A stretch of DNA of 64,000 nt from Marsupella aquatica (taxonomy: Eukaryota > Plantae > Marchantiophyta), in the NCBI GenBank assembly GCA_973895155.1, contig OZ316895.1, positions 18,113,880-18,177,879 of the forward strand, in the 5' to 3' direction. Below, in pieces: positions 1 to 8,337 of this stretch. Position numbers and translations under genes: made by a program. Positions within the stretch are counted from its first letter, which is position 1. Each line of letters opens with the position of its first letter. Under the pieces are notes generated by a model that did not search any database, had not been told where the DNA came from, and was given only the letters and a program-made list of their open reading frames with translations.

Positions 1-1997
1 ATGTTCAGCTCATGTCGTTTAATCCGTAGTTCATCTTGGGCTTTCTTGGCCGTCCTTAGATCTTCAATCTTGGCTTCCATCCTCCTAAGCCGCCGAATGA
101 CCTCGTCCTTCTTGCTTCTCTCTAAAGCCACCGCTTCTTCTAATTGGTGCTTCTCCAACTGCTCCCTATGGAAAAAGGGTCCTACCTCCAACTCCTCTCC
201 GTCGGTAGGAGCTTGAGGCAATTCTGCCTCAGATTCGGAGCTTGAGGTTCCCACGTACATTCGAACACCTGGCTTGGATTCCGGCCTGATTCTCTCCTTG
301 TCTCCAGCAAAGGGGTTTTCTCTTGTGAGCCGGTGTAGGCCTACCTCTGTAGTAGTGTCCTGCATTGTTGCCGTTGCCGTTGTTGTTGCCGATGCCGATT
401 TCTTTTCTTTCTCCAGTAGTTTCAGCAGACTCTGCATGCCTGGTTGCTGCATCGGCAAGTCCTCCTTCCTGGGCCTAAACACCTGCTCGATCGTAGGACT
501 AACAGGTGGTTGAGGCTTCTCAGCCAACGGCCTCGGCGTTGGAGCTTCCTCGGGTGCCCTTACCTGCAGGGGAAGTACCGGGGCAAAAGTCTGACCTCTG
601 GCATACCGGCACAACAGCGGCATGTGATAGCCCAGCCGCGATACGCTCCCCATGCCGATTACCTGCTGCTCCTCCTTTAAGATCTTCTTCAATTGGTTGA
701 GGAGGTACCCGTTGTAGTCCCGGCTTGGGTCTGGCCTTTCTGCCAGATAGACCTGTGCCTTGCCGATCTCTGCCCTCGGCAAGTTACAATGCATGGTCAC
801 CCGCAAGAAGTCGATCATCTCTCCTATGTGCGGGTTGGTGCAGGTGTTCCGGAAGAAGCCATTCTTTGTTGATGGCCCGGGGAACGACCGGAACTCCTTG
901 TCAGGCAAGGTCTTCCTGGTATCAACTTTGGTCTTATTGCCTATCGGCAGGCCAAACACTTCGGCAATTACCTTGGGAGTAAGATAGAAATCCTTCCCAT
1001 ATATCCTCGTGCAATTGGTCTCGGGTTCCCATGACCCCACGAATTCTAATAGGTCTGACTCCGGTACCTCCGGCTTCAGCCATGGTAATCTTACAAAGGC
1101 CTCCAAGCCGGATCCGGCCATGAAGCCTTGGTACTTCTTGGTCTGCATGGCCGTAAAGCATGCATCCTCCTCCCGTGCAAAATGTAGTTGCACCTCCACC
1201 GGTAGGGTTGCCGCCCAGCCCTTCCAGGTGTCATCCCTGGTTGGAATGGCCTTGATGGGATCGACCTCCTCCTCTTCGGCTTCTCCCTGCCTCCTGTTCT
1301 GCTGCTCGGCTGGCTTCTTTGGTGCCGCTGACCTCGTTCTTTTTGCCGGGGTGGCTTCATCGTTGACGGCTCCCTTCCTCTTCATCTCTGCTGCCGTGGA
1401 GGTTTCTCCTAGCACCGTTGCCTGGGTCCACCTTTCCGTGCTACCCTTTAATTCCCAATGTATGTCGTTGCAGTTCTTGATGGCCTCTCGGATGCCGACG
1501 ACGTTGTCTTTGCAAAACAGAAGATCGTCGAGTTGATTGGAAGTAGGCGTCCACAGGAACTCGTCCTTGATGAGTTCGCCTCCTAAGAAAGCCGTCTTCT
1601 GCAGCTCCCACAATCGAGCGAGCTCCTGCCGTTCTCGAGCTGCCCTTTCTGGCTCCTCGTCCTCGTAAGTCTTGATGTACTCAGTTGCCCGTTCGAACAG
1701 GCATCCCCAGAAATGTGCCGCTTGATTGACGTTGCTCATACCCTCCTTAGGTCGATCGTCGGTATCTACTCTCTCCCCGAGTGCTTGCCTAAGCAGCTGA
1801 CAGTAGTTGGCCTCCCGTAGTCGTCTGCCTAGTTCGTGCTCGCAAATGAGCCACCATCTCCTGCAAGCGCTCCTTACCCCTCTCCTCCGCCGGTCCTTCT
1901 TCCCGTTGATCCTTCCTAGCCGCCGACGCTTAACGCGCCCTAACCCTAATCGGGTTTTCACCCTCAGCCTTACCTCCGGCCTCGGCCCGGGTTCCAT
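1..1997 (-). CDS. LTR-encoded protein, 3'-LTR copy (open to the window edge)
   Basis: Same frame and sequence as 9105..12386, with ATG at 1997. None of the substitutions I found creates a stop. It is absent from the ORF track because its stop lies outside the window. Confidence 0.85.
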   Translation of the reverse strand, partial: MEPGPRPEVRLRVKTRLGLGRVKRRRLGRINGKKDRRRRGVRSACRRWWLICEHELGRRLREANYCQLLRQALGERVDTDDRPKEGMSNVNQAAHFWGCLFERATEYIKTYEDEEPERAARERQELARLWELQKTAFLGGELIKDEFLWTPTSNQLDDLLFCKDNVVGIREAIKNCNDIHWELKGSTERWTQATVLGETSTAAEMKRKGAVNDEATPAKRTRSAAPKKPAEQQNRRQGEAEEEEVDPIKAIPTRDDTWKGWAATLPVEVQLHFAREEDACFTAMQTKKYQGFMAGSGLEAFVRLPWLKPEVPESDLLEFVGSWEPETNCTRIYGKDFYLTPKVIAEVFGLPIGNKTKVDTRKTLPDKEFRSFPGPSTKNGFFRNTCTNPHIGEMIDFLRVTMHCNLPRAEIGKAQVYLAERPDPSRDYNGYLLNQLKKILKEEQQVIGMGSVSRLGYHMPLLCRYARGQTFAPVLPLQVRAPEEAPTPRPLAEKPQPPVSPTIEQVFRPRKEDLPMQQPGMQSLLKLLEKEKKSASATTTATATMQDTTTEVGLHRLTRENPFAGDKERIRPESKPGVRMYVGTSSSESEAELPQAPTDGEELEVGPFFHREQLEKHQLEEAVALERSKKDEVIRRLRRMEAKIEDLRTAKKAQDELRIKRHELN

Positions 1998-2112
1998 GGT
2001 TGCCCCTAATTGTTTATATTTTCCTTGTTTTGTCCCTATACTAAGGTGTTCCTAGGGTGCCTTCCTGCTTTACCCACTTAACCGGCCGAGTGATTCCTGT
2101 CTAGGCATCACA
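1..2112 (-). repeat. 3' LTR (partial, truncated by the window edge)
   Basis: Near-identical to 10390..12501. Begins TGTGATGCCTAG on the minus strand immediately after AAGTGGGGAGCTA. Confidence 0.9.
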
Positions 2113-4149
2113 TAGCTCCCCACTTAATTGTGAAGCGTCCTCGCAAACAACTTCATCTTCGTCCATATAGTATTTCTTGAGGCGGTCATAATGGATGCGA
2201 ACTGGATATACCTCTCCCGTAATGTTGGCCAATTGTACGGAGCCATTGGGGAACATCATGGTTACTCTAAAGGGTCCTAACCAGCGAGTGTAAAGCTTTC
2301 CTGGAAACCTACTATACCTACTGTCATAAAGTAGCACAAGATCACCGGTATGAATACTAACTACTTTTAACCTTTTATCATACTGCTGCTTCATGATATT
2401 CTGTCTATATTCTACTCTCTCGGCTGAAATCATTCTCGCTTCCTCTAAAGCTTCTAACCTATATTCTCGCTCCTTTAGGCTCTCCTCCGCTGAGGCTCTT
2501 TCCTCAATTGTAACTTGAAATGTCGGTATCTCAAGTTGCATGGGTACCAGGGCTTCTTGTCCAAAGGTTAAGAAGAAGGGTGTATGACCGGTAGTGGATT
2601 TATAGGCAAGATTGTAAGCAAAAACAGCAGCAAACAATTTATCATCCCAATCGAGTTTGTTCTGAGCTACTGTCTTGTTCAATATCTTTCCTATAATTCC
2701 GTTTGCTCGTTCTGTCAACCCGTTTGCCTTTGGATGGTAGGGAGTAGTAGGCCTATGTTTAACTAAATACTGCTCATTTAAACGACTAATTATATCATTC
2801 AAAAAATGGGTTCCTCTATCACTAACTAATTCTAGGGGTGCTCCATACCTGGTGAAGATCTGCTCATACATGAATCTAGCCGTAGTAATTGCATCATCCT
2901 TCGTTGTTGGTCTGGCCTCTACCCATTTAGTTGCATAATCCGTAGCCAGGATTATGTACTTGTTCCGTCGAGGGTGGGTCAGTGGTTTCAGAGGTCCAAT
3001 GTAATCAATACCCCACTTCTCGAATGGTGCCAGAGGTAGAATAGGGTGTAGTGGATGCCTGGTGGACGCCCTTGGTCCTCCCGCTCGTTGACAAGGATCG
3101 CATTGTTTGATAAACTGATAGACATCTTTGTGCAAGGTGGGCCACCAGTAACCGGCATTTAATATCTTTTTAGACGTGGTTACTGGGGCAAAATGTCCTC
3201 CGGCCTCCTCTCCATGCATGGCCCGTAGGACTCGTTTTACCTCTCTCTTTTCCAAACATCTTTGAATCGTGCCGTTGATTCCATGCTTGTGCAGTATGCC
3301 TTTAATGCACTGATACTGTCTGACCTTCCGCACAAAGACTGCGGCTTGCTCTCGGCTTAATCCTGGCTGTAATCTGGAAGTGCTGAGAAATTGTAAAATC
3401 TCAGGGTACCATGTACCAGCTATTTCCACAACGAATAGCTCCTCGTCGGGGAATCGATCATCGATGCAATCCGTGGCAGGTTTACCTGTGATCCTTGAAA
3501 AGAAGTCGGCATTGGCATGTAACTTTCCCGGCTTGATCCTCAGCTCATAGTCAAACTCCTGTAATAGCAAAATCCATCTTGCTACTCTGCCTGTAAGGTC
3601 CGGCTTATTGACTAGGTACTTCAAACTTTCATGATCAGTATGAAAGATTACCTTGTACCCTAGTAAATAATGCCTAAACTTTTTACAAGAATAAATGACT
3701 CCTAATGCTTCTCTTTCCGTGGTAGAGTAGTTCTGTTCGGCATCGGCAAGCTGACGGCTTGCGAAGTATATGGGATGGTCCCTTCCTTTCTCATCCAACT
3801 GACTTAGTACTGAGCCAATACAGAAGCCCGAGACATCTACAAAAACATGAAAATCTTTGTTCCAGTCCGGTGCTATCATGACTGGGGCCTCTACTAACAT
3901 CTGCTTCAATTCTACCACCGCTGTGACTCGTTCGGGTGTGGGTTCGAAGTCTGCTCCTGCCTTGAGCATATTGGTTAATGGTAAAGCTAGCTTGGCAAAA
4001 TCCTTGATGAACCGGCGATAGTAACCAATGCATCCCAAGAAGGATCTTACATCCTTTATGTTCTTAGGTTGCATGATATCTAGCCATACTGCTAGCTTAC
4101 CTTTGTCAATCTCAATGCCCTTCCTTGATACCTTGTGACCTAGTAGCAC
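2101..4149 (-). CDS. pol: Pol C-terminal part: RT thumb, RNase H, integrase
   Basis: VRSFLGCIGYYRRFIKDF; FVDVSGFCIGSVLSQ and NYSTTEREALG (RNase H); H-x6-H...CDPCQR zinc finger; WGIDYIGP, SDRGTHF and NGLTER (DDE); WLGPFRV (GPY/F motif). Confidence 0.95.
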   Translation of the reverse strand: MLLGHKVSRKGIEIDKGKLAVWLDIMQPKNIKDVRSFLGCIGYYRRFIKDFAKLALPLTNMLKAGADFEPTPERVTAVVELKQMLVEAPVMIAPDWNKDFHVFVDVSGFCIGSVLSQLDEKGRDHPIYFASRQLADAEQNYSTTEREALGVIYSCKKFRHYLLGYKVIFHTDHESLKYLVNKPDLTGRVARWILLLQEFDYELRIKPGKLHANADFFSRITGKPATDCIDDRFPDEELFVVEIAGTWYPEILQFLSTSRLQPGLSREQAAVFVRKVRQYQCIKGILHKHGINGTIQRCLEKREVKRVLRAMHGEEAGGHFAPVTTSKKILNAGYWWPTLHKDVYQFIKQCDPCQRAGGPRASTRHPLHPILPLAPFEKWGIDYIGPLKPLTHPRRNKYIILATDYATKWVEARPTTKDDAITTARFMYEQIFTRYGAPLELVSDRGTHFLNDIISRLNEQYLVKHRPTTPYHPKANGLTERANGIIGKILNKTVAQNKLDWDDKLFAAVFAYNLAYKSTTGHTPFFLTFGQEALVPMQLEIPTFQVTIEERASAEESLKEREYRLEALEEARMISAERVEYRQNIMKQQYDKRLKVVSIHTGDLVLLYDSRYSRFPGKLYTRWLGPFRVTMMFPNGSVQLANITGEVYPVRIHYDRLKKYYMDEDEVVCEDASQLSGELCDA
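2113..2127 (-). promoter_or_regulatory. Polypurine tract (PPT)
   Basis: Minus strand TTAAGTGGGGAGCTA lies directly before the TG that starts the repeat. Confidence 0.8.
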
Positions 4150-5368
4150 CCCTTCGGTTACTGCAAAAAAAACATTTATCTGGGTGTAACTTGAGACCCA
4201 CCTCTCTACATCTCATGAAGGTTTTCCTGAGGTATTTAGCATGTTTCGATGCCTTCCCGAATACTGCAAAGTCGTCAATGAAGATTTCCATGAACTTTCT
4301 CAAGTAATCATGAAAAATGTTCACCATTAATCGTTGGAACATAGCTGGTGCGTTGCAGAGTCCAAACGGCATACGATTGAAGACATAGATCCCCCATTCC
4401 GTGATGAAGGCCGTCTTGATTTGGTCTTCCTGTCGAATCCTGATTTGGTTATAACCAGAGTATCCATCCATGAATGAATATAGTTCATGACTGGCTACCA
4501 TGTCTAGTACCATATCAGTAAACGGTAAAGGAAAATGGTCTTTTAATGTTGCTTCATTCAGCTTCCTATAATCCTGACAAACCCGGATCTTGGGTTTACC
4601 ATCGGGTCCAGCTTTCTTGGGAACTATCACAATTGGAGACACCCAGTCTGAATGCAGGACTGGAGTGATGAATCCAGCTTCCACTAGTTTGTCGATTTCT
4701 GTTTTGACCAGCAGGGAATACTTCGGGTTCATCCTTCGAATTGGTTGTCGAAATGATTTGGCTCCTAACATGAGATCAATTCGATGTTCCCCTAGTGTTG
4801 GATCTACTCCCTTTAGATCTTGGTGACTCCATGCAAACACATCCTGAAATTCAATCAATAAGTCACTGATCTCTTTCTCGAGCTCAGGTGCTAGGTTTCT
4901 CCCTAAGTTCAGTTCTCTTCCCTCTCCTAAGTCGAGCTTCCGATATTGCCGTGCTTGGATCATATTAATCTGCTTCTTCAAATTCGGGTCCAGTTCGGCT
5001 TCCAGTCTCTCTAATCTCATACCTCCATAAACTGGGATCTCGGCTGGACTAGCCGAGTCGGTCCCTTCCTTGGTGTCCATAGATTGTCCCCTTACCGGTC
5101 TATTCGGTTTTGAATTAGTGGTCGGCTCCCCTTCCTGCCTTGGCTCTGGATCGTGTCTGTCCATCTCATCCACCTCTTGCTCCTGAGAGTTAGGCCGCTG
5201 TGCTCTCTCGGCTTCTAATAGGGCCTCAATTTGTTCTGCCCTCGTAATCGGCTTGTATGCCGATCCCTTGGTATTTAATTCCTTGCCGATGATCGATGGC
5301 GTTGTGAACCCTGCCGGCTCTGCCACAACGCCTGCAGAAAATCCACTGTCCCTGCTACTGCTCCCCAC
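4112..5368 (-). CDS. pol: Pol middle part: spacer plus reverse transcriptase
   Basis: WVSPIVIVPKK, RVCQDYRKLN, DGYSGYNQI, MPFGLCNAPA, FIDD. Joined to the next ORF across a T8 run at 4165..4172. Confidence 0.95.
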   Translation of the reverse strand: MGSSSRDSGFSAGVVAEPAGFTTPSIIGKELNTKGSAYKPITRAEQIEALLEAERAQRPNSQEQEVDEMDRHDPEPRQEGEPTTNSKPNRPVRGQSMDTKEGTDSASPAEIPVYGGMRLERLEAELDPNLKKQINMIQARQYRKLDLGEGRELNLGRNLAPELEKEISDLLIEFQDVFAWSHQDLKGVDPTLGEHRIDLMLGAKSFRQPIRRMNPKYSLLVKTEIDKLVEAGFITPVLHSDWVSPIVIVPKKAGPDGKPKIRVCQDYRKLNEATLKDHFPLPFTDMVLDMVASHELYSFMDGYSGYNQIRIRQEDQIKTAFITEWGIYVFNRMPFGLCNAPAMFQRLMVNIFHDYLRKFMEIFIDDFAVFGKASKHAKYLRKTFMRCREVGLKLHPDKCFFCSNRRGATRSQGIKEGH

Positions 5369-8268
5369 TTAGCCGTTTCATCCAATTGGTCTACATCCTT
5401 TACTTCCTCCGGAATTGCAGCTAAAAAGGTGGATTCTATTGTAAAGCAGTCCTCGACCTCTTCGTCTTCTTCTTCCAAGTCACCTTCCATTGGTTCTTGC
5501 CATAATCCGCTGGGGGCTACCTCTGGTCCAAAGACACCTTCTTCGGTTAGGTTAGTGAGGCATTCTAACCAACGTACTTCATCGGCTGACTCCAGTCCAC
5601 TGTCGTACCCATCTACTTCCCTTATGCTTTTCCTACGGTCATCCTTAGTGTCCCAGGATACCGTGATAGAGGGGGTCCCGAAAGTGAACTGCTTTTTACC
5701 CCAATCTTCTATTACCTCGGCTAGGTACAGCCATGGCCTACCAATCAATAGTCGGAATGACGTAGGATTTACCGGCTTCATTACTACATAGTTAATGCTA
5801 AAGAAGATACCTCCTATCTCTGTCTTGATGCCGGTTAACACTCCCGTGGGAATGACCTGATATCCATTGGCCATGTTCAACACTCTTCCAGTCATCTCCG
5901 GTGTTAGACCCCACCCTTTTGCTGTTGAATCAATCATAATACATACCCCTGATCCTCCATCGATGGGTACCCGTAGTAATAATTCTCCTTGAATCATTAA
6001 TGGTAATGCTGGGGCTCCTTGATCTTCTTCTATCATTAGTACGTCGGATCTGGTTGCTACCTTGGGTAATCTCGGCTTGCCGAGAATAGCCTTCCTTAAT
6101 TGCTTCCGGAAGTACGGGCTATTTTTCAATAGTTGACCTACTGTTGCCGAGACTCTAGATTCTAGTACATCTTTAGCCAGGTCATAGGGAACAATCGGCT
6201 TCTCTTCTGGTGGTGTTTCCGTCTTGGATTCGGCCAGTTTTGCCACGCTAGTCTCCACAGCTGTTGGGTCTTCCGAAGCAAACAATGCTTTTGCTCGTTT
6301 TACATCCTTGGCAATGGCTTCGGTATTCTCCAGGGTTTCTAATTCTCTTAGTTGTTCCTTAACACTAGCCGTAACAGAGGGGTAGAACAACTTAGGATGA
6401 TCTCGATTGAAGTCGCTATCTTGTGAAGGATTGGTTTCACTGGTGGGCTCATGGCTTACCTGTATTGCCGGAGCCCTCCCTTCTCCTTCTGTTGATGTTG
6501 ACGAAGAGTCGATCCTTTCCTCCGTAACCTTCCCTTTATTTTTGGCCAGCCCATCCCACCTTTCCTTCCTTCTGGTAGATCGAGTAGAGACCCGGTAGCA
6601 ATCATGATCTAAATCCTCCTCTGAGAAGGTTGATAGGGCTTCGGCCTCATCAGCAGATGGTACGAACTCTGCCTCGGCATCCTCTTGCCATCCTAGTTCG
6701 ATGTGGTTGATTTGAACTCCTCCGGGGGTAGTACCTGGCGGTAAGATCTTGATCGGCAAAAGCTTATGATTTGCGGCCAGGCCTGCCAACCAAGTAGGAC
6801 ATTGCCCTAGCATATGACCTTCCTGTCGGCATCCCATACATAGCTGAGCTGGTTGTCCATCACCCTGTTTGCGTGCATTCGGGCATTCTCTAGCAAAATG
6901 GCCAGGTTGACCACAATTATAGCACGCCGCAAATCTTTGCACATTCGGCCTAGGAGGTACTGACGGGTTCTGAATAATCCGAGGATACATCTCTCCTGGA
7001 TTGTTCCTTAACCCTGACCACAGAGATGCAGGTCTGTTGGATAGGTCTCGTGCTCCAGTCTCACTGATGCCGAAAACACTATCAGCGGCATCTCCTAAAA
7101 AGTACTCTACTTCTCCCTGACATGGTCTGATCTCGGCCACATGCCGAACATGATTAGTATTAAGCTTAGGACACGCATCTTTATGGTGTCCGGTTTTATA
7201 ACATAAGGCACACCATACAGAGCTATCCTCCTGTACTACCTTCTTCTTTGGTTTTACCTCTGCAATGATAGCCTTAAGTTGCTCGGTAAGGGCTACGATG
7301 TTATCTGGTGGCTTAGCCTCCATCTTGACTTTCGTCTTCCCTCTCCTTCTGCCCTTCCTTTTCCTAGTTTTTTCTTCTTCAGAACTAGAAGATGACTCAC
7401 TCTTGCTACTCCCACTATCCGAGCTTGACTTATCACTTCTAGACTTCTTGGGATGTTTCTTCTTCTTATCTTTTTTCTTATGGGGTGATCCCTCCTCTGA
7501 TGAGGAACTCTCAGACTTAAGCTGTTTCTTCCGGCTTGTGATATCTGCATTAATGTATAATTGAATATCCTTAATTGCTTCGGCTAAAGTCTCCGGGTTC
7601 TCCTTCCTAATTGCAAAACTCATCTTCTGTGGCAAAGCATTCACCAACCATTGAAGTTGCATACCTTCAGATGCATTGGTCTTTGTACGTCTTACCAGTT
7701 TCTGAAAGCGTTGCAAGAACTTCCTGAAGGATTTGTTCTCCTTGAACCAAAGTTGTCCCAACTTGAGCACTGCTAGTTCTGAAGTTCCAATGGGTCGAAA
7801 CTCCTTAACAAAGAGTGTTTTGAAGATATCCCAGATGGCTTGATCTTCCACATCTAATGCTCTGTACCAAGGCCTAGCCTCACCCTTGAACAGGCCGGGA
7901 AGAATCTGCATCTTGATGGCCGATTCTCCATTTGCTGCAGCGGTTCCCTCGAAATCATCCAACCATTCGTCCGGATCCTCATCTCCTCTCCCATGAAATG
8001 CCTTGTAATGTATGCGCGACCGCTGGCTCAATCTGGTCCCTGGCCTCTCGTCTGGCCGTGCCTCTGGTTCCCCCATGTCGGTTGGAGACTCACTTCTCCT
8101 TACCGACTCTTCTTCTGGTATGTCTTCTTCGACGCCACTCCCAGTTTCGGAGCTACCAGCTCTTTCTGCCCCTCTCAGTCGCTGTGTATCATGCCACCCG
8201 GCGAGCTGCTGTAGTCGAGCTCTCTCCCGTTGAATCACTCTTTCTTCCCTCGGCGTAAGGTCAGTCAT
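5275..8268 (-). CDS. gag: Gag-protease polyprotein (997 aa)
   Basis: Retrotransposon gag core (EDPDEWL...LFKGEARPWY...F), three CX2CX4HX4C knuckles, and aspartic protease motifs IDGGSG and LLIGRPWL. Confidence 0.93.
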   Translation of the reverse strand: MTDLTPREERVIQRERARLQQLAGWHDTQRLRGAERAGSSETGSGVEEDIPEEESVRRSESPTDMGEPEARPDERPGTRLSQRSRIHYKAFHGRGDEDPDEWLDDFEGTAAANGESAIKMQILPGLFKGEARPWYRALDVEDQAIWDIFKTLFVKEFRPIGTSELAVLKLGQLWFKENKSFRKFLQRFQKLVRRTKTNASEGMQLQWLVNALPQKMSFAIRKENPETLAEAIKDIQLYINADITSRKKQLKSESSSSEEGSPHKKKDKKKKHPKKSRSDKSSSDSGSSKSESSSSSEEEKTRKRKGRRRGKTKVKMEAKPPDNIVALTEQLKAIIAEVKPKKKVVQEDSSVWCALCYKTGHHKDACPKLNTNHVRHVAEIRPCQGEVEYFLGDAADSVFGISETGARDLSNRPASLWSGLRNNPGEMYPRIIQNPSVPPRPNVQRFAACYNCGQPGHFARECPNARKQGDGQPAQLCMGCRQEGHMLGQCPTWLAGLAANHKLLPIKILPPGTTPGGVQINHIELGWQEDAEAEFVPSADEAEALSTFSEEDLDHDCYRVSTRSTRRKERWDGLAKNKGKVTEERIDSSSTSTEGEGRAPAIQVSHEPTSETNPSQDSDFNRDHPKLFYPSVTASVKEQLRELETLENTEAIAKDVKRAKALFASEDPTAVETSVAKLAESKTETPPEEKPIVPYDLAKDVLESRVSATVGQLLKNSPYFRKQLRKAILGKPRLPKVATRSDVLMIEEDQGAPALPLMIQGELLLRVPIDGGSGVCIMIDSTAKGWGLTPEMTGRVLNMANGYQVIPTGVLTGIKTEIGGIFFSINYVVMKPVNPTSFRLLIGRPWLYLAEVIEDWGKKQFTFGTPSITVSWDTKDDRRKSIREVDGYDSGLESADEVRWLECLTNLTEEGVFGPEVAPSGLWQEPMEGDLEEEDEEVEDCFTIESTFLAAIPEEVKDVDQLDETAKWGAVAGTVDFLQALWQSRQGSQRHRSSARN
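5285..5344 (-). promoter_or_regulatory. Candidate programmed -1 ribosomal frameshift signal
   Basis: In-phase G_GAU_UUU at 5344..5338, a 5-nt spacer, then a perfect 9-bp stem (GGCGTTGTG 5332..5324 with CACAACGCC 5306..5298). It lies inside the overlap of the 0 and -1 frames. Confidence 0.7.
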
Positions 8269-8315
8269 TACCTACGCTTCCGTTCTAACTTCATATCTCA
8301 CGGCTTAAGAAATGC

Positions 8316-8333
8316 CCCCTCCATCTAGCGCCA
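8316..8333 (-). promoter_or_regulatory. Primer-binding site (non-Met tRNA type, TGGCGCTAGATGGAGGGG)
   Basis: TGG start (complement of tRNA CCA) follows the LTR end ...CACCACA and TTTT. The cognate tRNA was not determined. Confidence 0.7.
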
Positions 8334-8337
8334 AAAA

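Noticed and set aside
274-2055. Short plus-strand ORFs here and at 9019..12444
   Set aside because: They are antisense shadows of the long minus-strand ORF with no independent motifs.
4165-4172. Second programmed frameshift within RT
   Set aside because: It would need a +1 shift inside a conserved RT motif at a homopolymer. A single-base indel or sequencing error is simpler.
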